Source of the DNA: Cyclobacteriaceae bacterium
GTDB lineage: Bacteria; Bacteroidota; Bacteroidia; Cytophagales; Cyclobacteriaceae
NCBI GenBank assembly: GCA_044339555.1
Contig: JBIIVI010000001.1
Span: 1 to 47,523, forward strand
DNA length: 47,523 nt
Direction of reading: 5' to 3'
This document shows positions 7,363-15,143 of this stretch, piece by piece. How positions within the stretch are numbered: position 1 is the stretch's first letter; every line of letters begins with the position of its first letter. Under the pieces are notes generated by a model. The model was given only the letters and a program-made list of their open reading frames with translations. It did not search any database and had not been told where the DNA came from. The position numbers were made by a program, and so were the translations under genes.

Positions 7363-8445
7363 TTACCCCGAAATCTTCCGCATCAACATCTCAAACGGCC
7401 CGTTCTTGAACCGACTCTTCCAAACAACGCTTAGCAGCACGGAGGAGCTAAAGTAGACAATCGAAAAAACCAGCACCCACATGGGTGATGCTGTAGTGCG
7501 CTCCACTACATAGTTGATGTAAGGAATACCCGACAGGGCTGCGAACAGCAACATACCCACGGTAAGCGAAAGGATGTAATGGGTGAGCGTCATTTGTCCG
7601 GTGGCGGCCAGCCAACCAGCTATGCGCGATTGACCCCATCGTTCCCCTATCCAAAACCAGATTACCAACAATATGCACCCAAAGCTGGCGGTGGAAAGCA
7701 CGAACGGCAGTGTGGGCGGTAGGTAGTCGGCCGTTAAATACATGGCCACGTCAACCGCCACACCCGGCTGTACAGCCCACCAACGAAGTGCTTCCACAAA
7801 AGCATAAACTGCTAAGGCGATCATCAACACACGTTTCTTCAACCGTGCTTCCTGCCAATTCAATCGCGCCAACCACATCCCAAAAAGAAAAAATGCAAGC
7901 CACGGAAAAATAGGGTTCCAGCCATTGTAAAACGTGTTGCGCAAAAATCCTTCCACCGTCCAGAAATCGGTATACCGAAGGGTGTCGAAGTTCCAACCTA
8001 TTTCAAATGGAATTACCAACAGCAGCACATGCCAAATGCAAATGGCGGCTACGGCTCCCAGCACATACCAGCGTTTCGGCACAAACAACAGCAGAGCTGC
8101 CACGTGCATGTAGCCACCGTAAAAGTGCAAAATGTCGGCCGGCCACCAGAGGTAGAGCAACAGTCCCATCACAAACAAAAACCACGAGCGTTTCATAATG
8201 ATGCTCCGCAGGTTTCTCTTTTCCACTTCGGTATAGCTGGGTCGGTTGGTCAGTAGAGCCACACCCATGCCCGCCAGCATCACAAACAGTGTGCTGGAGT
8301 TGCCATTGAAGAGATTTAGAAAAGCATTGAGCGCGCCCGGCCCGTGGTATTCGCCAAACACAATGTTGAAGTTAACGATAAACATGCCGAAGATGGCGTA
8401 CGCGCGGGCCAGATCGAAACCGATGATGCGGGTTTTGTTTTCCAT
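7363..8445 (-). CDS. DUF418 (YeiB-like) membrane protein
   Basis: RIIGFDLARAYAIFGM, DILHFYG, GQMTLTHY, GPFEMLMR motifs. Confidence 0.85.
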   Translation of the reverse strand: MENKTRIIGFDLARAYAIFGMFIVNFNIVFGEYHGPGALNAFLNLFNGNSSTLFVMLAGMGVALLTNRPSYTEVEKRNLRSIIMKRSWFLFVMGLLLYLWWPADILHFYGGYMHVAALLLFVPKRWYVLGAVAAICIWHVLLLVIPFEIGWNFDTLRYTDFWTVEGFLRNTFYNGWNPIFPWLAFFLFGMWLARLNWQEARLKKRVLMIALAVYAFVEALRWWAVQPGVAVDVAMYLTADYLPPTLPFVLSTASFGCILLVIWFWIGERWGQSRIAGWLAATGQMTLTHYILSLTVGMLLFAALSGIPYINYVVERTTASPMWVLVFSIVYFSSSVLLSVVWKSRFKNGPFEMLMRKISG

Positions 8446-8490
8446 AATAAGTAAATTGCCCGCAAAAGTGTACCAAGCGCCTGGGGTGGC

Positions 8491-8508
8491 ATTTGACTTA
8501 CATCAAAT
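8491..8508. promoter_or_regulatory. Crp/Fnr-type palindrome ATTTGA-N6-TCAAAT upstream of DUF418 gene
   Basis: TTGA-N6-TCAA spacing as in Fnr boxes. Confidence 0.5.
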
Positions 8509-8531
8509 TCGAACGAGAATTTTTTTGATTT

Positions 8532-8618
8532 GGGCGTGCCCACGCGAGGCGCGTGGTCGTGCTGCTCCGGGCTCCGCTTCGCTGCGGTCTCGCCAGAGGC
8601 GGGACTAAACCCTGCGCA
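8532..8618 (+). repeat. GC-rich multi-hairpin intergenic element (REP-like or Flavo-1-like)
   Basis: GGGCGTG start; hairpins CCACGCG/CGCGTGG (8540-8556) and GTCTCGCC/GGCGGGAC (8587-8605). Confidence 0.5.
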
Positions 8619-9176
8619 TCACTCACGCATGGACCTAGTCGATCGATCTTTTTCTAATGCCCATTCCCAAATTGCTCCGTCATCGGGGTCGTGCAAGTCG
8701 GCAATCTTTTTAAAACCACATTTGTTCAGCACCCGGGTAGAAGCGTTTTCGTGCGCGAGTGTATGGGCAATAACAACCGCTACACGCGGATCGATAAATG
8801 CATTTTCCAAAAGGGCTTGCGTCATTTCAGTTGCCAGGCCGCGGTTACGATATTCAGGTACGATTTCGTAACCCAACTCCACACTTCCCTCCGTTGAGGG
8901 CGGGCCCTTATACCCACCACTGCCAATCAGCGACCGATCAGCTTTGTGAATCGGGAAATACCCGAACCAATTTAAAGCCTTCGGATCTTCGAGCAGCCGG
9001 TCGAGCGCATATTGCAAGGCACCGGTGCCAAACTCGGTCCAGTTATCCGGCACCGAAACACCCAATGCGCTCGCCAGGGTGGTGTTTCCTACCAGAGCTG
9101 CGCGCAGTATTACCGGGGTGCATGAAACCAATCGAAGGTGTTTTGTTTCGAGTGTAATTGCGGGGAAGTCGATCAT
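8619..9176 (-). CDS. GNAT (RimJ/RimL-type) N-acetyltransferase
   Basis: VELGYEIVPEYRNRGLATE, ENASTRVLNKCGF. Confidence 0.9.
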   Translation of the reverse strand: MIDFPAITLETKHLRLVSCTPVILRAALVGNTTLASALGVSVPDNWTEFGTGALQYALDRLLEDPKALNWFGYFPIHKADRSLIGSGGYKGPPSTEGSVELGYEIVPEYRNRGLATEMTQALLENAFIDPRVAVVIAHTLAHENASTRVLNKCGFKKIADLHDPDDGAIWEWALEKDRSTRSMRE

Positions 9177-9243
9177 ATGTCCTTACAAGTTCAGGTATTC
9201 CAAGAGAATCGAAAACAAAAATCGACTAGAATTCGTTGCGCTC

Positions 9244-9810
9244 TTATCTTCGAGCCCGAATCCGACTGAGGGTTTCCAACGAGATACCCAGATAAGATGC
9301 GAGATAGGTAAGCGGAATGTGCTGCACCCAGTGGGGCTGCTCCTGCAATAGCTTTTCATAGCGCTGCGTGGCGGAGAGCGTGTGGAACTCGCGCAGGCGT
9401 TGCTCCAACCATAAGCCATACGTTTCGGTCAGCAGCAAGTCGAGTTGCAACAGCACGGGATATTTTGACTTCAGTCCCTGAAACGCTTCGAACGAAAGGC
9501 TGGTCACGGTCGTATCAGCTACGGCCTGAATGAACTCTTCGCTGGGCTGTTGGAGGGCGTAGCTTTGCAACGACACCGCCAAATCATCGGCAAAGAAAAA
9601 ATCGGTTGTTACTTCTTTGCCTTCGTGCAAATAGTATTTGCGGGCTACACCCTTTGTCAGTTGAAAGCTGGCGCGGCATACCTCGCCTCCCCGCAATAGA
9701 AAATCGCCTTTGGCATATTGCTTCACCACCACCGCGTCTTGCAGAACTTGCTGCACCACCAGTGGCAGCGCATTTACAAACGCCTCAAGTCGTTTGGTGG
9801 GGCCCGTCAT
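9244..9810 (-). CDS. Crp/Fnr family regulator
   Basis: cNMP-like domain plus C-terminal LASYLGISLETLSRIR HTH. Confidence 0.9.
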   Translation of the reverse strand: MTGPTKRLEAFVNALPLVVQQVLQDAVVVKQYAKGDFLLRGGEVCRASFQLTKGVARKYYLHEGKEVTTDFFFADDLAVSLQSYALQQPSEEFIQAVADTTVTSLSFEAFQGLKSKYPVLLQLDLLLTETYGLWLEQRLREFHTLSATQRYEKLLQEQPHWVQHIPLTYLASYLGISLETLSRIRARR

Positions 9811-9813
9811 CCG

Positions 9814-10896
9814 CTACAGATAATCGGAAAGCTGATCGAAAAAACTCGGCCACGAAACCTTGCCGCTGCTTTTTCCCAAACGTACAAATACCAGGTTCTT
9901 GGTGCGACTCACATAGATATATTGTCCGTGAAATCCATCGGCATAAAAACCTCTGTCGGATAACCACCATTGGTAACGATAGTAGCCCACGCCACCTGCG
10001 GTTTTATCCGAGGTAATCGAAGCGTTAACCCAGTCGGCTGGGAGTACCTGTTGCCCATTCCAGTTGCCGCGATGCTGAAACAACCGCCCAAACTTGGCAA
10101 AGTCGCGCGCCCGGGCGTTGATGCAGCAAAAGGTTTTTTCTAATCCATTTCTCTTTTTGTCAATACTCCACGAAGCTTCGTATTCCGCCCCCAGGTAGCG
10201 CCAGATTTTTTCGTTCATGTAATCGGTAATCGGCTTTTTCGTGGCGCGTTCTACAATTAAGCCCAGCAACTGCGTGTTCACACTGCGGTACGCAAAGCGG
10301 GTGCCCGGGGAATAATCGGTTTTCAGCTTCGCCAGGTAGCCGCGCAGATTGCGACCGTAATACAATTTTGCTGCTTGGCCAAACGGGTTGTAGTAGCTCT
10401 CAGAGGCACGAATGCCGCTGGTCATCTGCAGCAAATGTTGAATCGTGATGTCGCGAAATCCGGAACGCTTGTTGAGTTCGGGCAAGTAGTGGGTAATCGG
10501 TTCGTCCACACTTTTGATGAAGCCATCGGCCAGAGCTGCACCGACTAGGGCGGAGGTGTACGACTTTGCCATCGAGAAGGAAGCTACCATGGAAGCCGAA
10601 TCATAGCCTTGGTAATACCGCTCGAACAAAATGGTATCGTTTCGAATAATCAGGAAAGCCACCGAGTTATTGGCACGCACCACGCTGTCAATCTTGTAGG
10701 TGCGGGCGCGGCCCACACGGTCGGTAACGGGCGCTTCGGCAAATCGGAACGGTGTTGAAGCCTTATCGAGTGGCCGGGCGGGAAAGATTTTGTAATCCTT
10801 GATGCTTGAAAAATTGTACCATGCAAAGCGACCTACCATGCACGATTGTAAAATGGGTGCGGAGAGTAAAATGAGAAGAAGCGCTAATTTTTTCAT
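9814..10896 (-). CDS. Serine hydrolase, beta-lactamase/AmpC-like family, lipoprotein
   Basis: SMAK (SxxK), FAYRSVN, LLQMTSG, lipobox LQSC. Confidence 0.88.
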   Translation of the reverse strand: MKKLALLLILLSAPILQSCMVGRFAWYNFSSIKDYKIFPARPLDKASTPFRFAEAPVTDRVGRARTYKIDSVVRANNSVAFLIIRNDTILFERYYQGYDSASMVASFSMAKSYTSALVGAALADGFIKSVDEPITHYLPELNKRSGFRDITIQHLLQMTSGIRASESYYNPFGQAAKLYYGRNLRGYLAKLKTDYSPGTRFAYRSVNTQLLGLIVERATKKPITDYMNEKIWRYLGAEYEASWSIDKKRNGLEKTFCCINARARDFAKFGRLFQHRGNWNGQQVLPADWVNASITSDKTAGGVGYYRYQWWLSDRGFYADGFHGQYIYVSRTKNLVFVRLGKSSGKVSWPSFFDQLSDYL

Positions 10897-10920
10897 AGCC
10901 GAAATAGAAATATCATCCGA

Positions 10921-11991
10921 TCATTGATAAAAACCTTCCACTCGCTTCGCCAGCGTTTCATAACTCGTATCGGCTGAGAAGGTTGCAATAAAATAAAAAG
11001 TTAACAGTGTATCGATCCAGGCAATCCCTTTTTCTTCGCCTAGAAATTGCTCGCCTCCGGGGTAGACTCGCGTGTTACCTTGCAGAGAAATTTCTCCGGA
11101 TGAATGAACGCGTGACGCTTGCCACGGAATGGCACAGCGAAGAGCTTGTTGCAGGGGCGCGTACTGAGGCGAGTGCTTCGGCAGAATTGCCAACAGCACC
11201 AGTCCGAGGCGGGTGCTCACACCGTTGTAGCTGCTGTCGTAACCACCACCTTCCATGAAGTACCCTGCGGCATCTTGCTGCGCGAGCGCCAGCCGGATAA
11301 ACTCCAGCCCAATTGTTTTTGCCTCGGTATCGTTCAGATACAAGCCGGTGGAATAGAAGGCGAGTGCATCGAACAACAGTCGGTTGGGGGCTGTTCGATC
11401 GTAGTTCTTCAACCCCTCGGTTTGAGATTTTAAATAATTGAGAGCTGACTGAAATTTGGGGGTAAGAGCGGTGAGGCGGTTTTTCAAGGCATCAACGGGG
11501 CGATTTATGAACCAGGGGGATTGATTCAACAATACGAGCGAAGAGCCAAGCGCAGAGAGAAAAAAGCTGGTGCCGCTGGCGAGGTCGCCCCCGGTTGGTG
11601 GTGGCTGCGATTGAAGCGAAGCGGGAATCACCAATTCGAAGTCGCCAGTTGGCCGTTGCCGCTGAAACGAATACTCGGTGGCAAGCACAAATGCTTCGAG
11701 TGCTTGGTCATTTTTAAAGCGCACGGCACTGGCGGCCAGAAACCCGATGTCCATCTGGAAGCGTACATGAAAGTAGCCATTCACGTTTCGGCCAAGAGCG
11801 CCTTCGGGAGTCGGGCGTTTAGTCAGGCCGTTTACTAAGTAATCCGGTAAGTCGGCAATCAGGGCGTGGTAAGTAGTGGGTGTGCTGAGCAGTTGGTCGT
11901 TGCAAGTTGCAGCATCGGGCTCATTTTGCTGGCAAGTAAACGCCATGAGCACTAATCCGAGCAAAATTCCAACGTGTGGCAACGACTTCAT
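10921..11991 (-). CDS. Hypothetical exported, helix-rich protein (possible lipoprotein)
   Basis: Signal peptide with AFTC; GYFMEGGGYDSSYNGVS motif. Confidence 0.7.
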   Translation of the reverse strand: MKSLPHVGILLGLVLMAFTCQQNEPDAATCNDQLLSTPTTYHALIADLPDYLVNGLTKRPTPEGALGRNVNGYFHVRFQMDIGFLAASAVRFKNDQALEAFVLATEYSFQRQRPTGDFELVIPASLQSQPPPTGGDLASGTSFFLSALGSSLVLLNQSPWFINRPVDALKNRLTALTPKFQSALNYLKSQTEGLKNYDRTAPNRLLFDALAFYSTGLYLNDTEAKTIGLEFIRLALAQQDAAGYFMEGGGYDSSYNGVSTRLGLVLLAILPKHSPQYAPLQQALRCAIPWQASRVHSSGEISLQGNTRVYPGGEQFLGEEKGIAWIDTLLTFYFIATFSADTSYETLAKRVEGFYQ

Positions 11992-12206
11992 CTAGCGAAG
12001 GTAATTGAAAAAACAGACTGTAATTAGGTCAGAAATGGTTCGGTTTCAGGAAATCTGAAACGATATATGTTAGTGAAATCGAACACTTTTTGCGCTACTT
12101 CCATCGATAAAACAAACCTTTTCCCCAGAAGACCGTCTATAACGAATACCCGGATGGCTGTGCAGGTGTCAATACGTCCGACCAAAGCGAACAATAAACA
12201 TCACGC

Positions 12207-12773
12207 ATGGACAAAAAATTGTTTTCTCTCAACCGCCTATATTTTCTAGCGTTTGTTTCAATTGCCATCTGGTCACTGCTTATTTGGGATTACCTGCACA
12301 AAGGCGTACCTAGCCATCATCTTTTGGCGCGCGAAGATTTACCCGCATTTTCGAATTGGTGGGGAGCACTTCTCATTCCCTTGCTAAGTTGGTTCATATT
12401 ATATCGCATACAAAAAAGAGAAGGAGCTGAAAATGGAAATAATCTCGCCATTTCTGGCCGGATTTTTTTTAGTTTTATCACCGCGTTGATTTTCGGAGTT
12501 GTGCTTTCAATATTTTTCACGCTGGGAAATGAAGATGTCCCGTTTTATATGATGATAGCACTTCTTGCCTCAGCTTTGTTTTTGCGGTCATATCGAGCTG
12601 AGTGCTTTCTTGGTTTTGTGATTGGCATGACTTATACATTCGGTGCGGTGCTTCCGTTACTGATAGGTTCAATTCTAGTATTGCTCTGTGCGATACTGTA
12701 TCTGCTGGTACGGTCTGCCATTTTACTTTTTTCAAGAAAATTGTTGTCGCTAACAAATTTTCAATCGAAATAG
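12207..12773 (+). CDS. Hypothetical membrane protein
   Basis: Several hydrophobic segments; GVPSHHLLAREDLPAFSNWWG motif; AT-rich. Confidence 0.75.
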   Translation: MDKKLFSLNRLYFLAFVSIAIWSLLIWDYLHKGVPSHHLLAREDLPAFSNWWGALLIPLLSWFILYRIQKREGAENGNNLAISGRIFFSFITALIFGVVLSIFFTLGNEDVPFYMMIALLASALFLRSYRAECFLGFVIGMTYTFGAVLPLLIGSILVLLCAILYLLVRSAILLFSRKLLSLTNFQSK

Positions 12774-12841
12774 AGTAACTCAGAGCAAAGTAGATCACCG
12801 TGATGGTACATTCAATTCAGCCCTTCATCTACGCGTTGTCG

Positions 12842-13624
12842 TCATCGGTTTTGTTGGCTGGCCAAACTCTTCTTAATGCGCATCATGATTCGACTTGGGG
12901 TGATGCGTGGCAGTTTCGAGATAAACCAATTGTTGAACCCGACCACCCGGGTACCGCGCCCGTGCAGCAATAAATTCACGCCAGCCTCGGCTACTCCAAC
13001 GGGGCTTACAGGGCGGTTGCTTTTGTACGCATTGGTTTTCCACATGGCATCGCTGTTGAAAGCCGTGTCAACCGGACCGGGACACAGCGTCACCACGGAA
13101 ACGCCCGAACCTTCAAGTTCGGCTGCAAGCGTCTCGGAGAAGGCCAGCACAAAACTTTTGGTGGCAGAGTAAACGGTGTAGTACGGAAACGGCAGATAGG
13201 AAAGCAGCGAGGCCACATTCAAAATCCGGCCGCGCTTCTGCACCAGCATATCTTGTAAAAACAGTTTCGTCAGGGTCACGAGAGATGTTACGTTCAGGGC
13301 AATCATCCGCAGCTCGGCATTCAAATCGGTGTCGCTGAAGTTTCCGTACAAGCCGCTCCCCGCATTGTTTACCAACATGGCTATGGATAATTGCCGGCTT
13401 TTGATTTCCTCGTAAAGGGCTTCGGCCGATCCCGGTTCGGATAGGTCGTGAGCAACCGTTACTACTTGAACGCCATGCGCAGATTCAAGTTGAGATTGAA
13501 GCGCAGTAAGCTTGCCAAGGCTTCGCGCGGTAAGAACCAAGTTGTGTTTCCGGGCGGCCAGTTGTTTGGCCATTTCCAGGCCGATGCCGCTGGAGGCGCC
13601 CGTGATCAGTATGTAGTCGTTCAT
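12842..13624 (-). CDS. SDR family oxidoreductase
   Basis: TGASSGIG, NNAG, YSATK. Confidence 0.93.
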   Translation of the reverse strand: MNDYILITGASSGIGLEMAKQLAARKHNLVLTARSLGKLTALQSQLESAHGVQVVTVAHDLSEPGSAEALYEEIKSRQLSIAMLVNNAGSGLYGNFSDTDLNAELRMIALNVTSLVTLTKLFLQDMLVQKRGRILNVASLLSYLPFPYYTVYSATKSFVLAFSETLAAELEGSGVSVVTLCPGPVDTAFNSDAMWKTNAYKSNRPVSPVGVAEAGVNLLLHGRGTRVVGFNNWFISKLPRITPSRIMMRIKKSLASQQNR

Positions 13625-13773
13625 AATTTAGCCTATAGTGTTTACATTTTGCTTCTTGATTCGGGCGCACTTTAAACTGTACTCTTTGAAAGGCTAGCGC
13701 CAGTACGAGTGCCCGTTTTTTCATTGGTATTTGTTAACAACACAAAGGTGCTGGTTCGGATACGGTCCGCGCG

Positions 13774-13787
13774 TTAACATTTGTTTA
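13774..13787. promoter_or_regulatory. Palindromic site TTAACA-tt-TGTTTA just downstream of the Crp/Fnr gene
   Basis: Near-palindrome between the regulator stop codon and a CACCTTTG -7-like box (minus strand, 13743-13750). Confidence 0.4.
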
Positions 13788-13799
13788 GGAATGCGGCTT

Positions 13800-14366
13800 T
13801 TACAACTCTTTTTTAAGGCGGCTCAGGTGTACCGGGCTGATGCCCAGGTAGGAGGCGATCATGTGCTGGGGCACCCGGTTATGAATGTTGGGAAAAACCT
13901 TGCTGATGTTTTCGTACCGCTGTGCGGCCGTAAACAGGTATTGGTTTTTTAAGCGATTGTCGAAGTAGATAAAATAATATTCCGCGATCAGCCGACCGAG
14001 CCGATCTCCCTGTTCAAGGGTTCGATAGCCCCACTCAATGGCGCTTCGGGGCATAACAATCACCTCTGTTGGCTCAACCGCCTGAATGCTGTTGGTGGCC
14101 GGGGTTTGCAACATGAAGCTGGTGTAGTCGCAAATGAATTGACTCTCAAGCGAGAAATGGATGGTGTGCTCCATCCCGGACGAATCCGTGATCAGGCTAC
14201 GGGTAATCCCTTCAGTAATAAAAAAGATCTCGTGGCTAACGTTGCCCTGGGAGCTGAGCAAGTCTTTTGCCTCAAACCGCTTTGGGTAGCAACTTGCCAG
14301 TAACCCGTTGATTTCCGGCTCGGAAATGGTGATCATCTGACGAATGGCTGACTTGAGCGCGTCCAT
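13800..14366 (-). CDS. Crp/Fnr family regulator
   Basis: C-terminal IASYLGISPVHLSRLK HTH. Confidence 0.9.
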   Translation of the reverse strand: MDALKSAIRQMITISEPEINGLLASCYPKRFEAKDLLSSQGNVSHEIFFITEGITRSLITDSSGMEHTIHFSLESQFICDYTSFMLQTPATNSIQAVEPTEVIVMPRSAIEWGYRTLEQGDRLGRLIAEYYFIYFDNRLKNQYLFTAAQRYENISKVFPNIHNRVPQHMIASYLGISPVHLSRLKKEL

Positions 14367-14494
14367 GTTCGGTTTCTATGAAAAAACAAGTTTAGTGGGT
14401 CAAAAGTTGACCCATCCTCGACCTAGAACTTCGAGCACAAATTCCTAAATAAATCGGTAGCCGAGCTTTCAGCGTATTCAATTCTTTAAAATAA

Positions 14495-14980
14495 TCATTT
14501 CAACGCCTCATGGAGCGCGATTCGGTTTCCCTCACTATCCTCGATCTCAGCTACAAAGCCCAGTTCACCGTTTGATGTTTTGGGATAGAGAACTTGGCCA
14601 CCTCCTGCAACCGCCTTGGCCAATGTTTTGTCGATACTTTCTGTAGCAAAGTAGATCACCACACCGTCACGGGTTGGCTTATTGATTTCACCTTTTGCGA
14701 GTGCGCCCGAGATCCCGCGGCCGTTTTCATAGAATGGGAAAAGAGCCATTTGGTTTCCATCGATTACCTGGTCCGTAAAGGAAAATCCAAACACAGCTTC
14801 ATAGAATTTCTTAGCGCGGAAAATGTCGGTTACCGGTATCTCAAAATAGACGACAGGATTCATAGAAGTCTGTTTAGAGGATTGTGCGGCCGCCCAAGTA
14901 GGATGTACAGACGTGAAATACGCCAGCGTACTACATAAGCCGAGGCCAAAAAAGAGTAATGCAAAAAAAGTTGTTTTCAT
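14495..14980 (-). CDS. VOC/glyoxalase family protein
   Basis: NPVVYFEIPV, AKKFYEAVFG, EDSEGNRIALHE. Confidence 0.88.
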   Translation of the reverse strand: MKTTFFALLFFGLGLCSTLAYFTSVHPTWAAAQSSKQTSMNPVVYFEIPVTDIFRAKKFYEAVFGFSFTDQVIDGNQMALFPFYENGRGISGALAKGEINKPTRDGVVIYFATESIDKTLAKAVAGGGQVLYPKTSNGELGFVAEIEDSEGNRIALHEALK

Positions 14981-15143
14981 ACTGCTGGCATTCGATGTTG
15001 TTCAAAGGAGTCGCCTAGTTGCTCATTTCAATCCTTTGAGCACTTGGACTGCCCCTTTTTACTAACTGTAAACTAGGAGCAAATTAAACAACAGTTTTTT
15101 GAAACCGTTTCGAACATAGGCATAACGTTTATCTTTGCCGCCT

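Noticed and set aside
9814-10896. True beta-lactamase resistance gene
   Set aside because: SxxK fold only; no class A/C/D signature triad, more like an esterase/amidase
13485-13724. 79-aa ORF MKKRALVLALAF…
   Set aside because: Overlaps the SDR gene out of frame; may be a remnant of a deleted exported-protein start, but unsupported
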